Notes: generated by a model from the letters alone, not told the origin. Shown: positions 19,325-29,004, counted from the first letter of the stretch. The stretch: DNA of 64,000 bases from Candidatus Lindowbacteria bacterium RIFCSPLOWO2_12_FULL_62_27 (GCA_001784175.1 MFPR01000006.1:186001-250000); one strand, 5' to 3'. Numbers and translations: made by a program.

Positions 19325-19563
19325 GTCCGGCAGCGTCTGGTCAGCAGGTACCCTCCACCGATGGCAGCCGCCCCGAGAATCATCCAGAGGCCTGGAAGTT
19401 CAGGGGCGCTGGGCGCTCCTTTTCCCTTGTCGCCACCCTTGTCGTCGCTCTTGCCCTTGTCGACACTCTTTCCTTTATCCGCGTCCTTTTCCGCATACAC
19501 GATGGGCGCAACCGCAAACAGAACAACCGCGGTCACCAGGACCACACACACGATACGTTTCAC
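19306..19563 (-). CDS. Small secreted protein with a PEP-CTERM-like sorting tail (APELPG-TM-RR)
   Basis: Signal peptide, DKG low-complexity core, APELPG, hydrophobic helix, basic TRRCR; adjacent to the exosortase. Confidence 0.75.
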   Translation of the reverse strand: MKRIVCVVLVTAVVLFAVAPIVYAEKDADKGKSVDKGKSDDKGGDKGKGAPSAPELPGLWMILGAAAIGGGYLLTRRCRTCQQKV

Positions 19564-20405
19564 ATCTTCACCTCCTCTTCGAATATCACCAACTCCGGAT
19601 AGATCCAGTTCAGGATCGTATCGATCGCGAGTTTATAGTCCATTATCCCGTCAAAATTCCAGGCTTTCAAGTCATATCGGTCCATATCCCAGAGCGGGCC
19701 GGTGGAGCCGTCCCAGTCGTCGCCGCCGGACAGGGTCGACCCGTTGAGGAGATTGCCGGTGGCGTTTCCCTTAATGCCATGCCCGCCGCCGACCCGGAGG
19801 GAGACCGGAACATGCCCGGGCGATGCCCGCGGGAAGGGGAACACATAGACTTCTCCGGGTACCGGCGTTGACAACCCGGAAAAAATGCGGATCCTTTTCC
19901 GCGGCGCGGCGTTCTTCCGATACACGACGATCATCGTCGCCGCAGCGGTCGAATACTTGAACTTGCCCGTCGGGTTGACCACGTCTGAAAGGATCCTGCC
20001 GACGACGACCTCCGTTTCGCCGGCGGGATCGAACGCGAAAATCTCGTGATAGAGCGTTTCCAGCATGCGCCTCTGATATCCGGCGGCGCGCCGGACGGGA
20101 ACGGAAAAAACGGCGACTGAATCCACCCCCAGCCTGGCCGACTCGCCGGTTACGCAGATAAACCCGGCCACCGCTCCCTTTTGGACTTCCGGCGGAATCC
20201 GGAACGCACGCGTCGGATACAGCCGGTCGCCCGCCGGATGAATGAGCGACTCGCTCCCCACATGCACGGCGCAGCCGGGGAGCTCCGTGTCGTAGAGAAC
20301 GTCAAAGGACAGCACGCCGTCGGCGCAGGCCGGGAGGGCGGCAAACAGAAGACAGACAACCGCCGTAATCAGTATTTGAATGTGAGGTATCCGGTCGCGA
20401 ACCAT
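19560..20405 (-). CDS. Secreted hypothetical protein (weak DUF3344-like resemblance)
   Basis: Signal peptide; WDGSTGPLWDMDRYDL segment; overlap-coupled in the operon. Confidence 0.6.
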   Translation of the reverse strand: MVRDRIPHIQILITAVVCLLFAALPACADGVLSFDVLYDTELPGCAVHVGSESLIHPAGDRLYPTRAFRIPPEVQKGAVAGFICVTGESARLGVDSVAVFSVPVRRAAGYQRRMLETLYHEIFAFDPAGETEVVVGRILSDVVNPTGKFKYSTAAATMIVVYRKNAAPRKRIRIFSGLSTPVPGEVYVFPFPRASPGHVPVSLRVGGGHGIKGNATGNLLNGSTLSGGDDWDGSTGPLWDMDRYDLKAWNFDGIMDYKLAIDTILNWIYPELVIFEEEVKM

Positions 20406-22645
20406 GACACATCCCCGCTGAAATAGTCGGTGTACCGAAGCTCCGCCGTGTAGTCTGCGGAGTTTCCGATCGGCCCTGAGTAGACGAGATCGCCCTCGTG
20501 ATAGGAATCATGCAGCGCGTTTTCATGTTCGTGCTTGTAATGCGCGTACGTGTAGATTTTCGTTTCCGGATCGTATCGGGACCAGAACAGCCGTCCGGCG
20601 TAGACGGCCGCCATCGGCGATGTCACGTGTTTGTAGGTCGCCTCAATCCCGAGTCCGGCCGGGCTGGAGAGCTTGCGGGTGAGTTTTGCCTGCGTGGTCT
20701 CCCGGGTGATCCGGCTCACGCTGAAATGCTCCGCCGTGAACTCCTCAAACAGCGTCCAGCCCGGCGCGATCTCATCCTGGTGCGAGACGTCGTAGGTGGT
20801 GAGGTCCCCGATTTTCAAATTGCCTGTGGTCTGGTCGGCGAAATAGTCGTCCTCCGAATAGAGGAGGGTCGTCCGCCGGCCCCGGCTTTTGTGCTCGAGG
20901 ATCCCGTAGATGTCGCCCCGCCGGCGCTTGTTTCTGAGCGGGCTGAACGACGGCAGGTCCTGCTTGTACTCGTGCATGGCGCCATAGAGGACGGAATTGA
21001 GCGACGCGGACCATTGCTTCGCCCATCGCGCGGAAATGGACTCGCGGACGAGATCATAATTCCTGTCGCCGGCCCGCTGATCTTTTTCGATCAGATGCGC
21101 CTGGCTGCTTTTGACGAGAACGTTGTTGTCGGGCGAAAAATGATGCTGGTAATCCACGATGCGTTCCTCGGTGTACGTCTTATAGCGGACGGCCAGGTTC
21201 GGCGGGTCGGCGTCGTCGTAGCGGGTAAGCGAATACTTGACCCGGGCCTGCGGCGCGGTCATTTCGCGGATGACACGCATGCCCTCCTGCGCCTCCGCCG
21301 ATTCCGGATCGATGGACAACGCCTTCTGATAATACTCCATGGCGCGCCCGCCCATGCCCGCGAACCGCCAGGTGTTGCCGAGGCCCACCAGCGCGGACAC
21401 GTTGTCGGGCTCGCGATCGAGAAGCGTCTGGTACCATTGGACCGCCTCGTCCGTCTTGTCCTGCCACGAATAGAGCTTGCCAAGCGACAAATAATTGTTT
21501 TTGTTGTTGGCGTCGAGCTGGATGGACTTGCGAAGCTCGTTGGCGGCGTCCGCGAACCGGCGGGCGGAAGCGTACTGGTTGGCGAGTTCGCCGCGGGCCT
21601 GCGGCGCCTCCGGATTTTTTTCGAGAAACTGCTCGAGGAGTTGCACGGCTTCTCCGGATTTTCCTCTCTGGCCCAGAAGCCTCGCATGGGCCGTCACGAT
21701 CTCCTCGTCCGATGGGAACGATGCCAGAAGCTCCGCCGAAAGCCTGAATGCGTCATCCATTTTGCCCTGCCAGCGCAGGACGTCCCTAAGACCCCTTTTG
21801 GCGTCTCCGTCCGCCGGCTGAATCTCGAGAATCCGCCGGTATGCATCCTCCGCCTCGCGCAGCCGCCCCGTCCAGGACAGGACGCGAGCCCGGACGTTGA
21901 GCGCGTCGGTGTTCCGGGGGTTCTTTTCAAGAATGGCCCCGATGACTTTCAAGGATTCGTCGTACTTTCCGTTCCAGCCCAAGGCGCGCGCAAGGTTGAA
22001 GCGGATGTCGTCGTTGGCCGGATCCAGTTCAAGCGCCCGGGCGTACAAGCGCTCCGCGTCCGGCAGCCGTTTCTCGGCCACGGCCTTTTCAGCCTCCCGG
22101 AGCGTCTTCGAAACGGCCGGGGACGCCTGGGCGCGGATCACCGCGAGGGCCTGCCGGTTTTTCGGATCATCCTTCAGGAGCGCCTTTGCAAGGTCGACGG
22201 CCGCCGCCGTGTACTCGTCCGGATGGTCCATGAGTTCCAGCCGCAATTCGGCCGCGAGAACTTCCACGCGCGTATACGCGGTCTTCTTGAATCTGGCCCC
22301 GTGATCGGCCAGAAACCGCCGAAGCTTGTCGTATCGCTCGATCCATATATAATTCTTGATGATCCCGATGGCGGCGTCGCCGTAGTCCGGCGCAAGTTCG
22401 AGCACGCGCGAGAAAAGCGCCTCGGATTTATCGTACTTCTTGCTCCAGAGCATTCCCAACCCGTAGACGACCATGACGTCGACATCGTTGGGATTTTCCG
22501 CCAGAAATTTTTCGGCCAGTTCCGCGACGCCCGCATAATCGCCCTTGTTCAATTTTTCGCGCACCCGCTCAAACGGCTCCTGCGCGCCGGCGGGTCCGGG
22601 CCAGAGGAAGAGGCCGGCCAGCAACAGGAGGATACCCCTGCTCAT
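20369..22645 (-). CDS. TPR-repeat protein with C-terminal outer-membrane beta-barrel (PgaA/YaiO-like polysaccharide exporter)
   Basis: Signal peptide (AGA-QE); many TPRs (ARALGWNGKYDES, ARVLSWTGRLREA); C-terminal beta-strands ending YLTFKY. Confidence 0.8.
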   Translation of the reverse strand: MSRGILLLLAGLFLWPGPAGAQEPFERVREKLNKGDYAGVAELAEKFLAENPNDVDVMVVYGLGMLWSKKYDKSEALFSRVLELAPDYGDAAIGIIKNYIWIERYDKLRRFLADHGARFKKTAYTRVEVLAAELRLELMDHPDEYTAAAVDLAKALLKDDPKNRQALAVIRAQASPAVSKTLREAEKAVAEKRLPDAERLYARALELDPANDDIRFNLARALGWNGKYDESLKVIGAILEKNPRNTDALNVRARVLSWTGRLREAEDAYRRILEIQPADGDAKRGLRDVLRWQGKMDDAFRLSAELLASFPSDEEIVTAHARLLGQRGKSGEAVQLLEQFLEKNPEAPQARGELANQYASARRFADAANELRKSIQLDANNKNNYLSLGKLYSWQDKTDEAVQWYQTLLDREPDNVSALVGLGNTWRFAGMGGRAMEYYQKALSIDPESAEAQEGMRVIREMTAPQARVKYSLTRYDDADPPNLAVRYKTYTEERIVDYQHHFSPDNNVLVKSSQAHLIEKDQRAGDRNYDLVRESISARWAKQWSASLNSVLYGAMHEYKQDLPSFSPLRNKRRRGDIYGILEHKSRGRRTTLLYSEDDYFADQTTGNLKIGDLTTYDVSHQDEIAPGWTLFEEFTAEHFSVSRITRETTQAKLTRKLSSPAGLGIEATYKHVTSPMAAVYAGRLFWSRYDPETKIYTYAHYKHEHENALHDSYHEGDLVYSGPIGNSADYTAELRYTDYFSGDVSWFATGYLTFKY

Positions 22646-24072
22646 GACGTCGCCGGCGCCGGCTTGGCCCCGCCGAATCCCTTCCGCGTCATCACGCCCC
22701 ACTCGTGGCCGCCGCCGCGGATCTTGTCGATGATGGCCCAGAACCGCCACCAGACGTTGAGCTGGCGGTAGCCGAAGTTTTCGATGACCGCATAGAAGAT
22801 CAGCCGCGCGAGATGCGATATTTTCGGGTAGGTCCGAAATCCGATTTCCTCCAGGAGCAGCACCATGATGGACTGAATGATTCCGAGGACGACCGAGGCG
22901 AACGAAAAGAGCAGATAGAATTTCATGTTGAGATGTCCCGTGAGGATGCAGGCGGCGAAGATGAGGTACCCGAGGATTTCAAAGGGCGCGCTCAGCGTTT
23001 CGACGAAGAGATAGTACGGAAATCCGAGCATCCCGGCCGCGCCGTATTTCGGGTTGAACAGGATGCGCCGGAACTTGATCATGGCGTCGATCGTCCCCTT
23101 CTGCCAGCGCAGGCGCTGCCGGCGGAGCACTTTCAGATCCTCAGGAACTTCTGTCCAGCATACCGGATCAGGCGTAAAAACGATCCGGTAGGGCTCCCGG
23201 CGCTGCCGCATGAGATCGTGCATCGAAACCACCAGTTCCATGTCCTCGCCGAGGCTGCCCTTCCGGAATCCGCCGCAGTCGATCATCACATCCCGGCGGA
23301 ACGCGCCGAACGCGCCGGAGATCACGAGGAGGCTGTTGATCGCCGACCAGCCCATCCGGCCGAAGAGAAAGGCCCGGAGGTACTCGACCATCTGGAATCG
23401 CGCAAGCATGGACTGCGGCATGTCGACCCCGACGACCCGGCCGAGCTTGACGTCGCAGCCGTTGACGATGCGGATCATCCCGCCGACCGCAATGACCCGG
23501 GAATCCTCGATGAACGGCCGGACCATTTTGAGAATGCTGTCCTCCTCGAGAATGCTGTCCGCGTCGATGGCTAGTACGTAGGGATTGCGGGCCGCGTTGA
23601 TCCCGACGTTGTTCGCGTCCGCCTTCCCGCCGTTCTCCTTGTCGATCACCATGAGCTGCGGGTAGGCCGGACTGCGGTAGACGCGCCGGACCGCTTTGGT
23701 CGGAATGAGCCCCGGAACCTCCTCCGGGACGCTTCGGAGATCAAACGTGTCCCTCAAAACCGAAAGCGTCCGGTCGGGCGAACCGTCGCTGACGACGACG
23801 ACCTCGAAATTGGGATAGCGCAGATTGAGGAGGTTCTTGACGCTCTCCGCGATCGTCAGCTCCTCGCGGTAGGCCGGCACGATGATGCTGACGGGTAGGT
23901 TCAGCTCGCTGTGAAAGAGCTGGCCGAGTTCGACGCTCGACTGGTGACGTTTCTGCCGGCGGTGGTGAATGAACGACGCGGAGATGATGAGGATCGTGAT
24001 CGCGTTGATGATCAGAAAATACACGATGGTGATCCAGCCGAGAACCTCCAGAAAGCGCTCGAAGGCCTCCAC
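22642..24072 (-). CDS. Processive GT2 glycosyltransferase (PgaC/IcaA-like synthase)
   Basis: VPAYREE, KENGGKADANN, DADS, LGEDMEL, QRLRW (QxxRW), flanking TMs; GTG start inferred. Confidence 0.92.
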   Translation of the reverse strand: MEAFERFLEVLGWITIVYFLIINAITILIISASFIHHRRQKRHQSSVELGQLFHSELNLPVSIIVPAYREELTIAESVKNLLNLRYPNFEVVVVSDGSPDRTLSVLRDTFDLRSVPEEVPGLIPTKAVRRVYRSPAYPQLMVIDKENGGKADANNVGINAARNPYVLAIDADSILEEDSILKMVRPFIEDSRVIAVGGMIRIVNGCDVKLGRVVGVDMPQSMLARFQMVEYLRAFLFGRMGWSAINSLLVISGAFGAFRRDVMIDCGGFRKGSLGEDMELVVSMHDLMRQRREPYRIVFTPDPVCWTEVPEDLKVLRRQRLRWQKGTIDAMIKFRRILFNPKYGAAGMLGFPYYLFVETLSAPFEILGYLIFAACILTGHLNMKFYLLFSFASVVLGIIQSIMVLLLEEIGFRTYPKISHLARLIFYAVIENFGYRQLNVWWRFWAIIDKIRGGGHEWGVMTRKGFGGAKPAPATS

Positions 24073-24077
24073 CAGAC

Positions 24078-25211
24078 TCAGGCCGCCACCCAGGACGCCC
24101 GCTGAAGAGCCCAGACGGCCGCGTCGCGGGAAGCGCTCGCCTGACCGGGACGCGCGGCGGCGTCCCATAAGAGGCGCTCGCCTTTCTTGCCGAACGCCAT
24201 GAGCGCGCCCGCCGCGGCCTGTCGGACCGCAACGTCTCTGTCGCTGAGCAACTCGACGAGGTCCGGCGCCGCGCCGGTCGCCATGCACATCCCCAGCGCC
24301 TCGGCGGCGCCCTGCCGGATTTTTGGCGTCGGAGAAATCAGACACGTCCGGAGGACCCAGTCCGACGCCGGCAGGCCGATGCGCCCGAGCGCGCGGATGG
24401 CCGCGAATTTGAGCGTGTCGTCGTCGCCGCGCGCGACCGCCTCCAGGGCCGGCCGGGCCTCGACGACCCTGAAGTGTCCCATGATTTCGATCATGGGCTG
24501 GAGCCAGTTCGGCGCCACGCGGCCGGACAAGAACTGCCGGAGCGTCTCCATGGCGACGCCGGGGCCGAACTCGAGAAGCAGTTCAATGATTTTTGCCCGA
24601 CTCCAACCCTTCTGCCGGCAGACGACCGCGACCACTTCACGGATGACCTCCGGATCGCCGAGCATCCCGATCGACCGGGCCGAGTCGTAGGCGACAAGGG
24701 GATCCTTGTCTTTCAGAAGGCCGAGCAGGGTCGGGATCGATTCGGCCAGCCCGGCGTAGCCGCACAGAAGCGCGGCCCGGGCGCGCGTCCAGCCGCCGGC
24801 GGATTTCAGGTCCTTCAGGAAAACGGCGCTGAGACCGGTCTCGTCGCAGAATTTTTTCAACCGCGCGCGCTGGCTCACCGGAATGCGAACCGAGAAATGA
24901 CAGATCAATTGCACAAGATGTTCGCGATCGGCCTTTTTCAGCGCAGGGTAATCCGTCTTGTGGTCGCCGTCCGTCCCTGTCAGGAGACGCACCAGGATCG
25001 GCCGCCACACGGTCTCGATCCGCGCCTGCCGCCGGCGCTTCGAAAGAGACCGCAGTCTCAAGAAAAACAGATACATCACCAACGACGCGGCGACAAACAG
25101 CCCCATCCCCAGCGCAAACCCCGCCCACACCGTCTCGGCGCCGCCGCGCTGATAGGCCCAGCCGGTGAACGCGTCCAGGAGGCGATCGGCGCCCCCGCCT
25201 ACTCCGGCCAT
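24078..25211 (-). CDS. HEAT-repeat protein with N-terminal TM helix
   Basis: Repeated LxDxDxxVRxxAAxALG units; typical neighbour of this GT2 subfamily. Confidence 0.85.
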   Translation of the reverse strand: MAGVGGGADRLLDAFTGWAYQRGGAETVWAGFALGMGLFVAASLVMYLFFLRLRSLSKRRRQARIETVWRPILVRLLTGTDGDHKTDYPALKKADREHLVQLICHFSVRIPVSQRARLKKFCDETGLSAVFLKDLKSAGGWTRARAALLCGYAGLAESIPTLLGLLKDKDPLVAYDSARSIGMLGDPEVIREVVAVVCRQKGWSRAKIIELLLEFGPGVAMETLRQFLSGRVAPNWLQPMIEIMGHFRVVEARPALEAVARGDDDTLKFAAIRALGRIGLPASDWVLRTCLISPTPKIRQGAAEALGMCMATGAAPDLVELLSDRDVAVRQAAAGALMAFGKKGERLLWDAAARPGQASASRDAAVWALQRASWVAA

Positions 25212-26287
25212 TGGCCGTATTCGAGCCGGTCCAGAAACTCGATCGCGCTTTCATCTGCTTTCAACACGCCCGTGACGACGTCCACCGACTTGGGATTGCC
25301 CAAGGACTGCCCGAGCTGGCGCCGCCAAGTGGGAATGATCTTGCCTGAATCCTTGGAATCGGTGGCCGGCATCAAAACCGCGAACATCACCGGCTCGATG
25401 CGGGCGCACAGGTCGGTGGGCCGGGCCATGTCCAGGAGCTGTCTGGCCAGACCCGGCAGGCCCTGGTCGCTGACCGCGCCGCCGGTCATGGTCCTGAACC
25501 TCAGCAGGCCGAGGGAAAGCGGCATGTCCATCCGCCGGGCCACGGCCACCTGATGGTGCAGGCGCTCGATGAAGTGCCCGCGGTTGGTCAGTCCCGTGAG
25601 CTCGTCCACCACGGTGGTCGCGGCGAGCTTGGCGTTGCTTCGCACCAGCGTGGAATTAATGTGCGTCAGCTCCTTGATCTGCGCCCGGGCGCGGCGGAGG
25701 TCGTCGCGGATCTGCAGCGTGGTTTTCATCCGGGCCAGGAGTTCCTGCGCGTCGACGGGTTTTCGCAGAAAGTCCGCCGCCCCGAGGTCGAGCGCCCGGA
25801 CGACGCTTTCGGTGTCGGCTTTCTCCGACACCATCAGGATCGGAAACGGATTCTCGCTGAATTGCATTCGCATCTGCCGGCAGACCTCGTACCCGTCCAT
25901 GCCGGGCATCAGCATGTCAACGACGGCGATGTCCGGCCGGCCGGAGGTCACGGACTGGAGGAGTCCCAGCGCCTCCGGGCCGTTCGACGCGGTCCGGCAC
26001 ACAAAGCCGGCGCCCTCCAGCCGGACCCTCAGGATCTCAACGATGTCGGGGTCGTCATCCACCAGGAGCACGGTTTTTTTCCCGTCCTCCTGTTTCTCCG
26101 CGGGCGCCATGAGGTCGGCCTCGGAAAAGGAGAGGTCGATGTCGGCCTGGATCACCGAAGAGGCGAGGTCGCCGGCCGCGCCGGCCGCGGCGCCTGCATT
26201 GAGCGGCGCCTGCGACCCCGCCGCCGGCAGAAGGTCGGCTTCGGTGAAGAGGAGTTCGAGTTCCGACGAAGGTTCCGGCGGGGTCAC
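25199..26287 (-). CDS. Response regulator REC + degenerate GGDEF with intact RxxD I-site
   Basis: LLVDDD...VVDMLMPGMDG...KP; DELTGLTNR; RPTDLCARIEPVMF in place of RxxDxxxRxGGDEF. Confidence 0.85.
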   Translation of the reverse strand: MTPPEPSSELELLFTEADLLPAAGSQAPLNAGAAAGAAGDLASSVIQADIDLSFSEADLMAPAEKQEDGKKTVLLVDDDPDIVEILRVRLEGAGFVCRTASNGPEALGLLQSVTSGRPDIAVVDMLMPGMDGYEVCRQMRMQFSENPFPILMVSEKADTESVVRALDLGAADFLRKPVDAQELLARMKTTLQIRDDLRRARAQIKELTHINSTLVRSNAKLAATTVVDELTGLTNRGHFIERLHHQVAVARRMDMPLSLGLLRFRTMTGGAVSDQGLPGLARQLLDMARPTDLCARIEPVMFAVLMPATDSKDSGKIIPTWRRQLGQSLGNPKSVDVVTGVLKADESAIEFLDRLEYGQWPE

Positions 26288-26817
26288 TTTGACTCGCCGC
26301 TCTTGGGCGTCTCTCCCGCCGCCGCCTTTTTCTTCGCAAACTCGGCATCGTAAGCCTTCTTCAGGATCTCTTCCACCTTTTTTTTCTGAAACGGCTTGGC
26401 CAGAAAAAAGAAACTGCCCATGCCCGCCTGCGAGATCTGGTCGGCCGTGAAGCGTGCGCTGGTGATGATGAAGACCGTATCGGGATTGGTCGCGGCGATG
26501 ATCTGGATCGGCTTTGCGCCGCCGCCGTCCGTCTGGTCGATGTCCACCGCCGCAAAACGGACCTTCGACTCTGTCAGGATCGACCGGGCTTCCACCGCCG
26601 ATCCGACGACGCCCACGACCTTGTAGCCAGACTCCTCGATCTGGCTCTTGAGGATGTTCCGGTGAAATGCGGAGGCATCGACGAGGACGATCTGCTTCAG
26701 GTCGACGTCCTCCTCGATTTCCTCCTCGTCGTCTTCCTCCCAGTCATCCGGAAACTCGTAGAAATCCTCGCTGCCGTCGTCCAGCATGAAGAATTTCGGC
26801 TGTTCCTGCGGATCCAT
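26284..26817 (-). CDS. Atypical single-domain receiver with acidic N-terminal extension
   Basis: IVLVDAS, AVDID, FLAKPF; D/E-rich N-terminus; SD AAGGAGG. Confidence 0.75.
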   Translation of the reverse strand: MDPQEQPKFFMLDDGSEDFYEFPDDWEEDDEEEIEEDVDLKQIVLVDASAFHRNILKSQIEESGYKVVGVVGSAVEARSILTESKVRFAAVDIDQTDGGGAKPIQIIAATNPDTVFIITSARFTADQISQAGMGSFFFLAKPFQKKKVEEILKKAYDAEFAKKKAAAGETPKSGESK

Positions 26818-26832
26818 GTCGATCCCTCCTTC

Positions 26833-27693
26833 CTAAGCCGTCTTGCCCGCCGGCCCTGCCGGCGGCTTGGCCTTCGCGGCGGCCTCCTTTTCGGCGGCCT
26901 GTTTCTCAACGACCGCCTGAACATCGGCGATCGCCTTCCGGATGTAGGCGAGGAGCGGATTCTGTTTGCCCAGACCCTTGCCGAGAATCTCCAGCGCCTT
27001 CTGGAGGGCATGATCCGCTTCCTTCAACCGGTCGATGTTCTTGTAGAATAATCCCAGGTCCTTCCACAGCTCGCCGACCTTGATATGATCCTCGCCCAGC
27101 ACCTTCGACCGCACCTTGAGCGTGCGTTTGAGGAGCGCCTCGGCCTGCTCGTTCATGCCGAGGATCCGGCAGACGCCCGACAGTTCCTGGTAGGCGGAGA
27201 GGAGCCGGGGGTGGTCCGGGCGGAGTTTCTTGTGCCAGATGTTGAGGGAATTCTCGTAGGACTCGCGGGATTCCGGGTAGCGGGACCGGATGCGGTAAAA
27301 GGCGCCGAGATTGTACTTGATCTCCCCCACCAAAGGATGCTCCGGCCCGACCTCCGCCTCGGCTTTGCGGCTGTATTGATTGAAATGGAGTTCGATCTCG
27401 AAAAATTTGTCCAGCTTCAGATACGCCTCCGCCAGAAGGCCAAGCGTCAGCGGGATCTGGGGATGGTCCGCCTTGAGCTGGCCGCGGTGGATTTCCAGCG
27501 CCCGCTCCAGAACGGGAATGGAGTCGCGCCATTTCGACATCGACAGATACAGGGACCCGAGCCGGGTCAGGAGCGCGCCGGTTTCGGGATGGTTCGGCCC
27601 GAAGGCCGCGTCTTTTTCCTTTTCCGCAATCTTTTTCTTCAGATCCTCCTCGTAGGCCTTGGCGTTGGCCCGGAGGTTCGAAGTTTTATTCAT
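26833..27693 (-). CDS. Tetratricopeptide repeat protein (kinesin-light-chain type)
   Basis: Repeated GPxHP / LGEDH 42-aa-type TPR units. Confidence 0.85.
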   Translation of the reverse strand: MNKTSNLRANAKAYEEDLKKKIAEKEKDAAFGPNHPETGALLTRLGSLYLSMSKWRDSIPVLERALEIHRGQLKADHPQIPLTLGLLAEAYLKLDKFFEIELHFNQYSRKAEAEVGPEHPLVGEIKYNLGAFYRIRSRYPESRESYENSLNIWHKKLRPDHPRLLSAYQELSGVCRILGMNEQAEALLKRTLKVRSKVLGEDHIKVGELWKDLGLFYKNIDRLKEADHALQKALEILGKGLGKQNPLLAYIRKAIADVQAVVEKQAAEKEAAAKAKPPAGPAGKTA

Positions 27694-28967
27694 CGTCCTG
27701 TGAAGGTGGCCATGAGGTTGGCCATGTTGGCGTCCACCCGTTCGGCCATTTTATCCGGATTGAAATTCTCGCCCAGCTTGAGCGGCCCCCGGTACCGCTT
27801 GCCGAGCTGATCGAGCTGCTCGGAATAGGCGAACGCGTCCAGCTTCGGGTCCAGCTCGCTGATCGTCGAGGCCATATGCACGATGTAGACTTCGTCGGCG
27901 AGGTTGGGCGTGTTGAGGAGCAGTTGGAAATCGTGATGGTGGAGCATGGTGCTCTGGATCGTGGATTTCGGCAGTTGCCACAGATTGAACAAAAATCCGC
28001 CGAGGTCGGCGTGGTTCCCGCCCAGCACCGCCTTCTCGGCGTCGATCGGCTTCTTGCCGGCGGCCAGCAGTTCCTCGATTTTGGTCTGCATCGGCCGGAA
28101 GTATTGATACATGAGAAGGTATCCGATGTCGTGCAGCAAGCCGCACACGAACAGCTCGTCCGCTTCCGCCAAACGCTTGTGCTCGCCGACCTCCTTGCTC
28201 CACTGCGCCGTCCGGATGGCGTTTTCCCAGAATCTTTGCGCAAACTGCGGCGGCACCGCCTGGAACTTCTGCATGACCGCCGCCGCGATCACCAGTTGCC
28301 GGAGCTTCTTGATGCCGAGCACGACGAGGGCCTTGGTCACGCTGGTGATTTTGTCGCGAAGCCCGTAGAAGGCCGAGTTGACGACGCGGAGCATCGTCGA
28401 GGTGAGGCCGGGATCGAGCGAGAGAATTTCGCCGACCTTGTCGAGATTGACCTCCGGGTCGTCCAGCATGACCACGGCGCGCTGGGCGGTGGCGGGCAGG
28501 GGCGAAATTTCCTCGATGTTTTTCAGTACCGTGCGGACCTGCCGGTCAAGCCCGATTTTTTCCTCGGTCGGCGGCGGATCGGGTTCCTTGGCGAGCTCGG
28601 GGTTGGTTCCAAGGAAGGTCTTGATATGGCCGATGATTTTGTCGGTGGTCGTGAGCTTCTGGGTGACGGCGGCCTGGGCAAAGAGGAAGAGGTCGTCTTT
28701 CTGGAGTTTCAGGAGCAGGCCGATCTGCTGCGCGTTCATGAGATTCAGCCGGCCCGCGCACTCGCCGAACATCCCGCCTCCGCGCGACTGCTCGAGCAGG
28801 ATGGAGTTGATCTGGTCGGGCTGAATGAATCCGCGAAACGCGCCCAGTTGACCGATCCGCCGGTCGAAGGCGCTCATCTGCCGCACCGCACGCAACACGT
28901 CATCCTGGGCCATGATGTTGGTGGCCCGAAGATACTGGATGAACTTCTGTAATTTGGCCAGACTCAT
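27690..28967 (-). CDS. MshEN-like repeat + HDOD domain protein (paralog 2)
   Basis: RIGQLGAFRGFIQPDQINSILLEQ; HDOD LRVVNSAFYG, GLLHDIG, HADLGG; start set by alignment to paralog 5. Confidence 0.85.
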   Translation of the reverse strand: MSLAKLQKFIQYLRATNIMAQDDVLRAVRQMSAFDRRIGQLGAFRGFIQPDQINSILLEQSRGGGMFGECAGRLNLMNAQQIGLLLKLQKDDLFLFAQAAVTQKLTTTDKIIGHIKTFLGTNPELAKEPDPPPTEEKIGLDRQVRTVLKNIEEISPLPATAQRAVVMLDDPEVNLDKVGEILSLDPGLTSTMLRVVNSAFYGLRDKITSVTKALVVLGIKKLRQLVIAAAVMQKFQAVPPQFAQRFWENAIRTAQWSKEVGEHKRLAEADELFVCGLLHDIGYLLMYQYFRPMQTKIEELLAAGKKPIDAEKAVLGGNHADLGGFLFNLWQLPKSTIQSTMLHHHDFQLLLNTPNLADEVYIVHMASTISELDPKLDAFAYSEQLDQLGKRYRGPLKLGENFNPDKMAERVDANMANLMATFTGR

Positions 28968-28975
28968 ACAGAATG

Positions 28976-29004
28976 TATATAGCCTTTCTTCATGACACGG
29001 GCAA
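28976..29004 (-). promoter_or_regulatory. Putative sigma70-type promoter TTGCCC-N17-TATATA
   Basis: -10 lies 8 nt before ATG 28967; no SD. Confidence 0.4.

Noticed and set aside
19420-19492. Short nucleotide repeats (CCCTTGTCG-like)
   Set aside because: Explained by the DKG peptide repeats of the small CTERM protein; not an independent DNA element
26833-27693. Kinesin-light-chain-like TPR as eukaryotic gene transfer
   Set aside because: This TPR subtype is widespread in bacteria, and codon usage is host-like
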